Shown here: piece by piece, positions 11,130 through 20,507 of the stretch
How positions within the stretch are numbered: the stretch's first letter is position 1
Layout: each line of letters opens with the position of its first letter
Source of the DNA: an uncultured Chloroflexia bacterium
Lineage (GTDB): Bacteria; Chloroflexota; Anaerolineae; Anaerolineales; Anaerolineaceae
Length of the DNA: 32,000 nucleotides
Assembly: GCA_963806635.1 (NCBI GenBank)
Contig: CAWDZA010000002.1
Coordinates: forward strand, 68,048-100,047
Direction of reading: 5' to 3'
Position numbers and translations under genes: made by a program
Notes under the pieces: model-generated
Database searches by the model: none
Told to the model about the DNA's origin: nothing
What the model saw: the letters and a program-made list of their open reading frames with translations, nothing else

Positions 11130-11643
11130 ACGCATCTTGCCGGTTGTGTTGAGCGCGGCGCGGACCACCCGGCTGAACCATGCCCTCGAGCATGCTACGT
11201 TGAACGTCCTTTCCCGGCTGGGAGTGCAGGCCAGGCTCGGGGGATATTCTGAAAAGGACGGGTTTTTCATCCTCGGCTCCATTGATTCGCAGGTGCTTAA
11301 GACTGCCGTGGACCAGGCTTACGAGCGACTGCTGCATGGCGAACCCTGGCTGGCCATCCACGAAAAATGCGGGACGAACTACGTGGCGGCCGGCGCGGTG
11401 GCCGGGTTTGCCGCCTGGCTGGGGATGCTCGGCGTGGGCAGTGGCTGGCGGCAAAAGGCCGATCGTCTGCCGATGGTGATGCTGCTCGTCACGATTTCGA
11501 CGATCCTAGCACAACCTCTGGGACCATTTTTACAGAAAGAGCTGACCACCGACCCGCGTGTGGATGCCATCCGGGTGGTTTCGATCACCCGCTACGACCG
11601 CGGCGCGCTGGTGGTGCACCGTATTCGCACGGCAAGAATCTGA
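11122..11643 (+). CDS. Small membrane protein, resembles DUF6391 family (HALEHATLNVL motif)
   Basis: 173-aa ORF; NHALEHATLNVLSRL, two hydrophobic segments; overlaps the end of radA. Confidence 0.6.
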   Translation: MNERILPVVLSAARTTRLNHALEHATLNVLSRLGVQARLGGYSEKDGFFILGSIDSQVLKTAVDQAYERLLHGEPWLAIHEKCGTNYVAAGAVAGFAAWLGMLGVGSGWRQKADRLPMVMLLVTISTILAQPLGPFLQKELTTDPRVDAIRVVSITRYDRGALVVHRIRTARI

Positions 11644-11652
11644 TCCGCGGGG

Positions 11653-12666
11653 ATGAATTTGACAACACCAAGAATCCGCATCCTGCAGTGCGAAGACGAG
11701 CTGGCCCTGGACCGAACCCTGCGGGAGGAGACCGCGCGGGTCAACCCCGATCCTGGGATCGCCGACTTGAATATCGCCCGTCTGGATGCGCGCGGGGCTT
11801 CGCAGGCGGAGATCGCCACCGCCATCAACGCCATGCCCTTCCTGGCTGAATATCGCCTGGCGATCCTCGAAAATACCGTCCCGGGTGGCAGGGATGAGGG
11901 GGCGAGGGAAAAATTCCTGCACCTGCTTGAAAATTCCCCTGAAACCACCCGTATCATCCTGGTGCTGGCGGATGAATACAAACCCTCGGGCGCGGGCAGC
12001 GGGTGGCAAACCTATAAACGCGACCACTGGCTTCGAAAGTGGCAGGATGGGCAGAAGGAGAAAGCCGGGTGGGAGGAGCTGCGGCTGCCGGAATTGCGGG
12101 CGATGCCCGCATGGATCCAGCAGGAAGCCCGGCGGCAGGGAGGCGAGATCACCCCGCAGGCGGCGCTGGAGCTCGCGAATGCCACCGGCACGGATACGCT
12201 TTCGGCGGCCTCCGAGATAGAAAAACTGCTGGCCTATACCGAAGCCAGGCGCCCGGTGAGCCTGGAGGACGTACAGGTGCTGTGCGCCTCGGGGGACCAG
12301 ACCAATATCTTCGAGATGGTGGAGGCAGTGACACGCGGGGATGCCCGCCGGGGGATGAAGCTGCTGCACCAGATGCTGGAAAAAGAGGACGCGCAGGTGA
12401 TCTTTGGGATGATCGTGCGCCAGTTCCGCATGCTGATCCAGGCGAAGGCGATCCTGGATGACCGCGGCGGGGTGAACGAGGTAACGCAGGCGCTCAAGAC
12501 TGCCGATTTCGTCGCCCGCAAGCTGGTGGAGCAGGCGCGGCGGTTCAGCCTGGCGGAGCTGCAGGAGATCTACCGCAAATTATTGGATATCGACCTGGAA
12601 TCCAAGAACAGCACCACCCCCTGGGAGGTGGCGTTGGATACGTTTGTGGTCGATATTTCCCGATAG
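11653..12666 (+). CDS. holA: DNA polymerase III subunit delta
   Basis: 337 aa; typical HolA layout: IRILQCEDELALDRTLREE, MPFLAEYRLAILENTV, WIQQEARRQGGEITPQAALELANATGTD, FGMIVRQFRMLIQAKAI. Confidence 0.85.
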   Translation: MNLTTPRIRILQCEDELALDRTLREETARVNPDPGIADLNIARLDARGASQAEIATAINAMPFLAEYRLAILENTVPGGRDEGAREKFLHLLENSPETTRIILVLADEYKPSGAGSGWQTYKRDHWLRKWQDGQKEKAGWEELRLPELRAMPAWIQQEARRQGGEITPQAALELANATGTDTLSAASEIEKLLAYTEARRPVSLEDVQVLCASGDQTNIFEMVEAVTRGDARRGMKLLHQMLEKEDAQVIFGMIVRQFRMLIQAKAILDDRGGVNEVTQALKTADFVARKLVEQARRFSLAELQEIYRKLLDIDLESKNSTTPWEVALDTFVVDISR

Positions 12667-12672
12667 GCACAG

Positions 12673-13287
12673 TTATTCAGGATTTTTATTCGCCAGTTCC
12701 GGCGAATTGCGTTCCCCGGTCAGCCTTCTGATAAAAACCACCCCGGCGGCAGCGACAACCGCCAGGAGCAATTGCCAGGGTTTACCCTGCCAGATCATCA
12801 ATGCCAGAATCACAGGGATGCCTGCGGCTGCCAGGGCAGGGCCGGGATTCCTGCGGAAGATGCGCGCGGAGATGATGCCCACCCCCAGACCGATCCACGC
12901 CACCCAGCCGGAGAGCGCCCAGATCGCGCCGCCAGTCGTCGCCAGCGCCCAGCCGCCGTATTTCCAGCGCAGGAAGGGCCAGCTATGCCCCGCCGCCGGG
13001 GCAGCGGCGATGAGCGGCAGCCAGTTGAGGTTCACATTCCAATGAAATGCCAGCCAGACGGGCAGGAAGCCCTTGCCGGCATCAAAGATCAGCACCAGCA
13101 GCGCGGGGAAGAAACCTATCTTGCGGAACACCGAGAACGTGCCGGGTTTTTCGCCGGTTTCAAAGGCCCGCTTGCCAAATTTAAGGCGGAAGGCCAGCTC
13201 TGCCGGCATCACCCCACCCAGCAGATAACCCCCGATCACCAGAAGAATTGGCGCGTATTCCATCCGGAGCAATCCCCCTTCAATCAA
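12673..13287 (-). CDS. plsY: Glycerol-3-phosphate acyltransferase (PlsY family)
   Basis: GYLLGGVMPAELAFRL, GKRAFETGEKPGTFSVFRKIG, LIFDAGKGFLPVWLA, GHSWPFLRWKYGGWALATTGG; multi-TM. Confidence 0.75.
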   Translation of the reverse strand: MIEGGLLRMEYAPILLVIGGYLLGGVMPAELAFRLKFGKRAFETGEKPGTFSVFRKIGFFPALLVLIFDAGKGFLPVWLAFHWNVNLNWLPLIAAAPAAGHSWPFLRWKYGGWALATTGGAIWALSGWVAWIGLGVGIISARIFRRNPGPALAAAGIPVILALMIWQGKPWQLLLAVVAAAGVVFIRRLTGERNSPELANKNPE

Positions 13288-14293
13288 AATTCAAGATCGA
13301 TTTTCGCAGTTCGCCCCACTTGAGCGAATCAGCGATGCCCTGCTCGATGGGCAGCTCTGCCTTCCAGCCCAGCAGCCGCTCGGCGGTATCCGCATTGGCA
13401 AAGGATCCGGCCACATCCCCCGGGCGGGGAGGCGATTCGCGGCTGGGGACCGGTTTGCCGTAGACTTTCTCGAAGGCTGTCAGCAGCTCCCGCACGGTCA
13501 CGCCCCGCCCGGTACCCAGGTTGATCACCAGGTAGTTGTCCGTCGGGTTGCCGGCGCGGGCGAAAGTTTCGTCAAAGTGCACCAGGGCACGGATGTGCGC
13601 GCGGGCCAAATCCCAGACGTGGATGTAATCCCGCACGCCGGTGCCATCCCGGGTGGGGTAATGGGTGCCGGTGATCTCGAAGACCGGTTGTTTCCCCAGG
13701 GCGGTATCCACCAGCTTGCCGATGATGTGCGAGGGGTCCTTCACATGGATGCCGGAACGCATCTGCGGATCGGCGCCGATGGGGTTGAAATAGCGCAGGG
13801 CGATCCCGCGCATGCCGTAGGCGGCGCAGAAATCCTTGAGGATCATCTCCATGGTCAACTTGGTGCGCGCGTAGGGGCTGATGGGCTTGAGCGGCGAATC
13901 CTCGGTGACCATGAAGCCGGGCACCACATCGTAGAGCGCGGCGGTGGAGCTGAAGACGATGCGCTTGCAGCCCAGGTCGCGCAGGCTGCGGAAGAGCTCC
14001 AGCGATTTGGCCACATTCTCGCGGTAATACTCGTAGGGCTTGGCCATCGACTCGGGTACCACGATCAGCGCTGCGCAGTGCACCACCGCCTGGATATCCG
14101 GGTGCTCGCGGAAGATCTTCTCCACAGCGCTGGAATCGGCGATATCCGCCTGGTAGAAGATGCGCCCGCGGGTGAACTCGATCCGCCCGGTGATGAGCGA
14201 ATCCAGGATGATGGGGGTGTGTCCCTCATCCTCCAGGGCCGAGCAGATGGTGCTGCCGATGTAGCCGGCGCCGCCGGTGATCAGGTATTTCAT
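13280..14293 (-). CDS. galE: UDP-glucose 4-epimerase
   Basis: GGAGYIGSTICSAL, SSTAALYD, YARTKLTMEMIL, LRYFNPIGAD, RDYIHVWDLARAH. Confidence 0.93.
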   Translation of the reverse strand: MKYLITGGAGYIGSTICSALEDEGHTPIILDSLITGRIEFTRGRIFYQADIADSSAVEKIFREHPDIQAVVHCAALIVVPESMAKPYEYYRENVAKSLELFRSLRDLGCKRIVFSSTAALYDVVPGFMVTEDSPLKPISPYARTKLTMEMILKDFCAAYGMRGIALRYFNPIGADPQMRSGIHVKDPSHIIGKLVDTALGKQPVFEITGTHYPTRDGTGVRDYIHVWDLARAHIRALVHFDETFARAGNPTDNYLVINLGTGRGVTVRELLTAFEKVYGKPVPSRESPPRPGDVAGSFANADTAERLLGWKAELPIEQGIADSLKWGELRKSILNFD

Positions 14294-14343
14294 AAAAACC
14301 TCATTCGTGACTTTTAAAAATTATAAACCGTTCTGGGAAATCC

Positions 14344-14730
14344 TTATACCTTCCAGCGCAGCCTCCAGATCAACCATCCGACCAAACCCAGGCCAACCAG
14401 CCAAAGGGAAACGATTATAAGAATCCCCCAAACATTTCGGATTGGCAACGCCTGATCCGAGTAAGCCGCTTTCTCCCGGGCAGAAGCCATGATCTCCGCC
14501 GGGATCAATTTGATCGCGAAAAAAATACCGAGGGGAAGGATGATCAGGTCATCCAGGTATCCCAGAACGGGGATGAAATCGGGGATGAGGTCGATCGGGC
14601 TGAGGGCGTAACCGATTACCAAAATTGCGGCAACCCTGGCGTACCAGGGCGTTCGAGGGTCGCGATAGGCCAGATAGAGCGCGGCTAATTCGCTCTTTAG
14701 CGCTCGCAGGCGATTTTTAAAATTCTCCAT
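14344..14730 (-). CDS. YkvA/DUF1232 family membrane protein
   Basis: LYLAYRDPRTPWYARVAAILVIGYALSPIDLIPDFIPVLGYLDDLIILPLGI is the DUF1232 signature; the likely start is the internal Met (MENFKNRL). Confidence 0.88.
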   Translation of the reverse strand: MENFKNRLRALKSELAALYLAYRDPRTPWYARVAAILVIGYALSPIDLIPDFIPVLGYLDDLIILPLGIFFAIKLIPAEIMASAREKAAYSDQALPIRNVWGILIIVSLWLVGLGLVGWLIWRLRWKV

Positions 14731-14790
14731 CCAGGAATTCCACAAACTGGAGCAAAGACCCCGGGCAAGATGCCAGGGCTTCAAACCCAA

Positions 14791-15777
14791 CTAGGGATAG
14801 ATCCCACGGATCAGGTAGACCGGGCGGTGCTTGACCTCTTGGAAGATGTAACCAATATACAGGCCAATGATCCCGAGCGAGGTGAGCACGCAGCCGCCGA
14901 TGATCAGAAGCATGAACATGAGCGAACTCCAGCCCGGCTCGAGGGCGGATTGATGACCGCCGAGCCACAAGCTGAGCACGTAGATGACCTCCACCAGGGC
15001 TAGGAGGAAAAAGAGCGCCCCGATGGAGATGCTGATATAGAGCGGCACCAGGGAGAAAGAGAAGATCGCATTGACCGCCAGGTTCATCATCTTGCGGGTG
15101 GTGTATTTGGATTCGCCGGCCATGCGTTCGGCGGGAGCGAACTCGAGGATGGCGGTCTTGAAGCCAGCCCAGGCGACCATCCCGCGCAGAAAGCGGTGGT
15201 ATTCCGGCATGCGCCGCAGCGCCAGCACAACCTGGTGGGTGAGCAGGCGGAAATCCGCTCCGCCCGGGAGGATGTAGGTATCCCCGATGCGGTTGACCAT
15301 TTTGTAAAAGAGTCCGGAGGTCATGCGCTTGAATGCCGAAAGATTTTCCTGATCCAGGCGGCGGGTGAGCACCACCTCAGCACCCTGCTCCGCCATTTCC
15401 AGCAACTGACCGATCAGCTCGGGAGGGTGCTGACCATCGCCATCCAGCGAGATGACGAAATCCGCGTCGGCGTGATCCAACCCGGCGGAAAGGGCGGCCT
15501 GGTGACCGAAGTTGCGGCTGAATTCGATGACCCGCACCCGGGCGTCTTTTTTGGCGATGGCAAGCAGCTTTTGCTGGGTTTTATCCACCGATCCATCGTT
15601 AACGTAAAGTATGCCCACCTGATATTTTAGCGGTTTGATCGCCCGTGCCAGGCGTTCATGGAATGCCTCGATGACTGCTTCCTCGTTGAAGACAGGAATG
15701 ACAAGGTCGAGGTTGGGAAATGCTTTGCGGATTGTTTTTCTGGGTTCCGCGGAGGCCGAATTGGATCGTGGGCTCAT
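14791..15777 (-). CDS. GT2 glycosyltransferase, polyprenyl-phosphate (DPM/GtrB-like) with C-terminal TM helices
   Basis: DLVIPVFNEEAVIEAFHERL, ILYVNDGSVDKT, FSRNFGHQAALSAGLDHADADFVISLDGDGQHPPELI. Confidence 0.93.
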   Translation of the reverse strand: MSPRSNSASAEPRKTIRKAFPNLDLVIPVFNEEAVIEAFHERLARAIKPLKYQVGILYVNDGSVDKTQQKLLAIAKKDARVRVIEFSRNFGHQAALSAGLDHADADFVISLDGDGQHPPELIGQLLEMAEQGAEVVLTRRLDQENLSAFKRMTSGLFYKMVNRIGDTYILPGGADFRLLTHQVVLALRRMPEYHRFLRGMVAWAGFKTAILEFAPAERMAGESKYTTRKMMNLAVNAIFSFSLVPLYISISIGALFFLLALVEVIYVLSLWLGGHQSALEPGWSSLMFMLLIIGGCVLTSLGIIGLYIGYIFQEVKHRPVYLIRGIYP

Positions 15778-15831
15778 GCAACTCCTCGCATTAAAGTATT
15801 ATACCAATGCGGGGGAAGCATTTTCAGTGGA

Positions 15832-18139
15832 TCACTTTCCCCCTGCCAGGAACATCGTTTTTCCGTCCGTGGTCACCACCAACTGCCCGTTGTCCGCAAC
15901 TTGTATCCAGGAATTGTCTGGCGCGGGCTGCACAGTGTCGTACCAGAGGATCCCCAGGGCAGGCAACGAGTTCCACTCCGCTGGAGGAGAAGCCACCAGG
16001 TCGTTTTTTCCCAGAAGGACGAGTGAAGGAGGGGAGCGGCGCGCACTTTCTTTTAATTCCTGCGGAGAAAAACCACCCGGCAGGAGCAGAGAGAAATTTT
16101 CGTAATCGAATACCAGCGCGGTACCGCTTTCGCCGGAGGCGAGCACCCTCAGGACCAGTCCGGGTTCGAGCTGATAGGTCTGTCCTGCTTCCAGGACGCT
16201 GCTCTTTGCGCCATCCTGCCGCAGGGTTGATTCCAGGCTGCGGGTGGCAGAATTGGCCGGGACAGCCCCGCCCCACAGGACGTTGTTCACCTGCACCTGC
16301 TCGGCGAGGAACGGCAAGCCGGCAAGGGGGCTGGCCTGGGCGTCAGTCAGGATCAACCCGTCCAGCCGGCGCTCGAAGGGGGAGAGCCGCGCATCCACCC
16401 GGGCGGTCAGCTCGCGCCCGTTGGCGGCGCCATTGATCAGGTAGGCCTGCCCACGCGGGGTGAGGATCAGGACCGCATGGCTGTTATCCAACCCTGGCAG
16501 CAGGATATGCAACCTGCCATCCGGCCGGGAGGCAGCTTCCATCCAGGCGGCCAGGGCAGCAATGCCGCAGATGGTGAGCAGAATGGCCGGTTTTGCCTGC
16601 GCTGGGAACCGCTTTGCGAGGAGATAGAGCCCTGCAGCCAGCGCCAGCAGCACAACGATCCACACGAAACCAGACTCGGATACTTTGAACGCCCCACCAA
16701 GATCGGAAAACGCTTCCACGATGCTTATCGTGTAGGTCAGCGGAACCAGGGCGAACCATCCCAGCAGGGAGCCCAGCGGCAAATAGATCATTCCACCAAC
16801 CATCGCCGCTGCACCCAGCATCATCACCAGCGGCTGGGCAGGAAGGATCAGTGGGTTGGCGAGGATGGCGCTCAGCGAGATCTGGTGGAAGTGCCAGGCC
16901 ATCAGCGGCAGGGTGGCGATCTGGGCGGCAAGCGTCAGCAGAACGTATTCTCCCACCGGCACTGCGATCCCACGCGCCTTCCCCGGAGGCATCCGTTTTT
17001 CCAGCCAGGCAGAGAACCAGTGAAGCAGACGGGTTACCCAGGACGATCAGCCCCAGGGTGGCGGTGAACGAAAGCTGAAAGCTGACATCCCAGAGCAGGT
17101 AGGGATCGAAGAGGCACATTACCGCGGCGGTGAGGACCAGGGTGTTCAGCCCTGATCCGCGCCGCCCGATCTGCATGCCCAGGATGGCCATGGCGCCCAT
17201 AATGGCTGCCCTCATCACCGCCGGCTCCATGCCTACCAGCAGGGAGTAGAGAAAGACCGCGATGATCGAGAATATCGCTGCTTTCCAGCGCGAGGTAAAG
17301 AGCCGCAGCGCCCAGAATACGAAAGCTGAGACGATGGCGATATTGAATCCGGAGATGGCGATGATGTGGGCGGTACCGGTCTGCTGGAAAGCGTTGGTGA
17401 GGTCATCGGGGAGATCTTGATCCAAACCGAGCAGGATACCATTCAGCAGCGCTGCTTGCGGCTGGGGCAGGATCTGGTTGATGACTGTGTAGCCCCGCAG
17501 ACGGAGAGAATATAGAGCGACGATGAGCGGGTTACCGTGCCCGTGTGACAATACTTCGATTTTGGGAAAGGCGACCAGGGTCTGGATGCCCTGGCGGGCG
17601 AGATATTCGCGGTAGGAGAAGGTCTCATCCTCAGGCGGGGTCTGCGGCTCTCCGGTGATCCTGAGCATGTCGCCATACTTGACCTCCGTTCCGGGCCGGG
17701 TTTGCACCTGGATCCTGCCGGAAGAGGGGGCGATTCCGGCTCCTTCCGACACGACATCGGCTTTGAATGAGGTTGTTTTCCCATTCGTTGTTGGCAGACT
17801 GGTGACGACTGCCGAGAAAGTTATCCCGCCGCGGTCATTTTGAGAAGCGATATGGTCAGGAGAAAATGAAGTAGTTTGGACAGGGTATCGCCATGCGCCC
17901 AGGGCTAGCGCGGCCAATAGATACTGCGAAGCGGAAGAGGGACTGATTCTGCGCCAGGATTGGAGCAGGTGCACACGGGCGGTGAAGCGCTTTTCCAGCA
18001 CCGCGAGAAGCGCACTGAGGATGAAAATTACAAATAGAACAGGTTTGGGAATGGTGCTGACGCTGCCCAGCCAGATGCCTGCGAGGAATGCTGTGGAGAG
18101 CCAGAGCAGGGGCATGGGGATATTATAAATAAGGCTCAA
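15832..18139 (-). CDS. comEC: ComEC/Rec2-family DNA uptake protein, one frameshift near ~17020; C-terminal MBL-like domain degenerate
   Basis: ORF 16484..18139: LLNGILLGLDQDLPDDLTNAFQQTGTAHIIAISGFNIAI, GMEPAVMRAAIMG, DPYLLWDVSFQLSFTATLGL. ORF 15832..16992 continues the membrane domain and then the MBL-like region. Confidence 0.9.
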
Positions 18140-18178
18140 AAATTGGCAAGCTGCTCCGGGACGATAGATTCAGCTGTG

Positions 18179-19744
18179 TTACTGGCTGAAAAACAAATCG
18201 AGCCCGTAATACTGGTTCATGCAGTCATTGACCCAACCTCCAGACGGACCCGAGACCATCCCGAGCGGATTCGGAACCGGTTGGATCGTGAATGAGGTCC
18301 GATCCTCCGACCTGGCAGTAAGAATCGCGCTATCCTGACGATCCCAATCCCTGGCAAACGTGCGGAAAGCATCCAACCTGGAAAAGGCACCACTGGTCAG
18401 GTAAAGGGAGTTTGTAACTAAAAGAACCATCCAAAGAGCGACCAGAACTCCTGTAATCCCGGAAAATGCATTTGGGGGGGATTTGAGATCCCGCGATGTT
18501 GCAACGGCATTCGATTCGCGGGACAACCTAAGCTCTGCGAGCCACCCCAGGGTAAAGCCCCAGCCGCCGCATCCCAGAACCAGGATGTAGGCAGGGATGA
18601 TCTCAGTGCGCCCAGGCGGGGCTTGCGACAGTGTCAGTGCTGCAGGAATGAAACAAAAATAAATAAGGAGAAACGTATACAGGGGGACATGGATAGCTAA
18701 CGACCGGGGAAAAACCGAAAGAGTGTTATCACTTTTACGAAATGCTGGCAGGATCAATGCGGATAGCAAAAACCCAGTCACAAATACCAGAACGCAGTTG
18801 AGGAGGTTTATTTCTTGGGAGATGATTTTGCCTAAAAATCCGACCATGGCAGTCAGGGAAATTCTGATCACCGCGATGAGATTGCCCTGCTGAGCGAGCT
18901 GCGCCTGGCGGATCTGGTTGCCGGGGGCCAGAGCCATTATGAGCAGCCCCGCGAACGTCCCCGCGATACATGCAGATATGAGTAAAACCCAAACACGTTT
19001 TTTCCCGGGATCCCCAAACCGCAGGATATTTCCAAACAGGAGCAAGAGGAATAGAAGATACACGAACGAAAAGGTTTCACTGAATCCCCCTCCGATCAGG
19101 GCAAGGAACCCAAGGAATACTACCCACCAACGGGATACATCCCAAAGACGTGAGAGGGTGATCACCAGCGCCAACTGGAGGGTGGCAAGGATCAAAGGCG
19201 GGAGGACGGAACGCATTCCCTGCCCCCAGTAGAGCGATTGGCCCAAATCAGGGGTGATTTGCAGCGTGGCTGCCAGGATCACAGCCGCGGCGGTTAAGGA
19301 TGCCAATAACCTTGTGAATCGACCGCTAAAACGGATGATCCGGGTGAGCAGCCACAAAAGCGCCACCAGCCATACAATCACGACGCTCAGTGTCGATATC
19401 CGGGTTGCATTTAGACCGAATCGACCCGTTATGGCATCCAAGAAGCTGGCTGCAAAACGCCCCGACCAGGTGAGATACCAGTAGCCAACTGCGCGAACGA
19501 CCCCCACCGAATTGACGATGGCTGCCGAACAGAAATCGTCGGCGATTAAGCGCATATGGGTGCCAAGAGCCGCGTGGGCTGCGAGGGGTAAAACGGAGAT
19601 CATTGAGGTTATCCCCAGGAGGATGGCACCTCTCCAGCCAAAATCCTCTCCCACGCGAATTGGCGTTTCAGCGGATCGAGAGGGGGATGGCTCCTCTAGG
19701 CCAGAGCCCGATCCAGGCAGTCCCTCCTTGGTTGGCTGAATCAT
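18179..19744 (-). CDS. Multi-TM protein, GT-C-like, resembles DUF6056 family
   Basis: 521 aa, about 10 hydrophobic segments, RLIADDFCSAAIVNS...YWYLTWSGRFAASFLDA (DD motif and WSGRF in the first periplasmic loop). Confidence 0.6.
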   Translation of the reverse strand: MIQPTKEGLPGSGSGLEEPSPSRSAETPIRVGEDFGWRGAILLGITSMISVLPLAAHAALGTHMRLIADDFCSAAIVNSVGVVRAVGYWYLTWSGRFAASFLDAITGRFGLNATRISTLSVVIVWLVALLWLLTRIIRFSGRFTRLLASLTAAAVILAATLQITPDLGQSLYWGQGMRSVLPPLILATLQLALVITLSRLWDVSRWWVVFLGFLALIGGGFSETFSFVYLLFLLLLFGNILRFGDPGKKRVWVLLISACIAGTFAGLLIMALAPGNQIRQAQLAQQGNLIAVIRISLTAMVGFLGKIISQEINLLNCVLVFVTGFLLSALILPAFRKSDNTLSVFPRSLAIHVPLYTFLLIYFCFIPAALTLSQAPPGRTEIIPAYILVLGCGGWGFTLGWLAELRLSRESNAVATSRDLKSPPNAFSGITGVLVALWMVLLVTNSLYLTSGAFSRLDAFRTFARDWDRQDSAILTARSEDRTSFTIQPVPNPLGMVSGPSGGWVNDCMNQYYGLDLFFSQ

Positions 19745-19784
19745 CGATCTCGTGTTGAGGAAGTGACTGAAGATCAGGTAGGTG

Positions 19785-20507
19785 TTAAAGATTCAACAGG
19801 ACATAAAAGCATGTGAACCAGGTTGCGAGAACTCCGGGAACTTGCTGTGAGGGCGGGGTGGTGAAACTTTGGCGGATGGGCACCAACCCTTTCGAAGGAC
19901 TCGGAATTTTGCTTTCATGAGTGGTGCCATCCCAGCGAATAACCACATCTTCCAGGCGGGAATCCCCGGTAAAAAAGAGCTCAGCCAGGCTGCCAGTTTT
20001 GCCCATCCAACGCAATGCGCCTGCACCGGGCCCCTGAAATAGCATGCCTTTACCCGAGGTCTGCCAATTGCCTTCCAATTGGAACTGTTTGAACCCCACA
20101 TCTCCTAGGCTGGTTGTGAACCAGTTCAGGGTGATCTCGCGGCCTGCAATTTCACCCCCACTTGAAGCGGGGATGGAAATTACCAGGGTGTGAGTTTCGA
20201 GAAGGCGAATCGGGGTTGGTGGCTTTGCCACAAGGACGAGCACATATCCACAAAGCGCAGAGATTAGCAGGAGCAGGCTGGAGAGCCATCGCGGCTGAAG
20301 ACGGAAGCGGGGCAGCAGAAAATGCCCCACCACAAGGTAATTAACCGGACACAGGACCACCCATAGAATAACTGCAAAAATCAATTCCCGCTTGCTGACC
20401 GCAGGGGTCTGGATGAAGTAGAGGTACGCGCTAAAGGTTATCGCCAGGCTGATCAACGCGGCCAGGATGCCCAGACCGATTCGCTCTGGAGATAGACGAA
20501 TTTTCAT
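19785..20507 (-). CDS. Short membrane protein, paralogue of the N-terminal third of the upstream 720-aa protein
   Basis: TSLGDVGFKQFQLEGNWQTSGKG...LRWMGKTGSLAELFF versus TSLRDIGFGEFLQKGDWQRTKTG...LTWSGRSGETATLVF in the neighbour; the ORF ends shortly after that domain. Confidence 0.7.
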   Translation of the reverse strand: MKIRLSPERIGLGILAALISLAITFSAYLYFIQTPAVSKRELIFAVILWVVLCPVNYLVVGHFLLPRFRLQPRWLSSLLLLISALCGYVLVLVAKPPTPIRLLETHTLVISIPASSGGEIAGREITLNWFTTSLGDVGFKQFQLEGNWQTSGKGMLFQGPGAGALRWMGKTGSLAELFFTGDSRLEDVVIRWDGTTHESKIPSPSKGLVPIRQSFTTPPSQQVPGVLATWFTCFYVLLNL

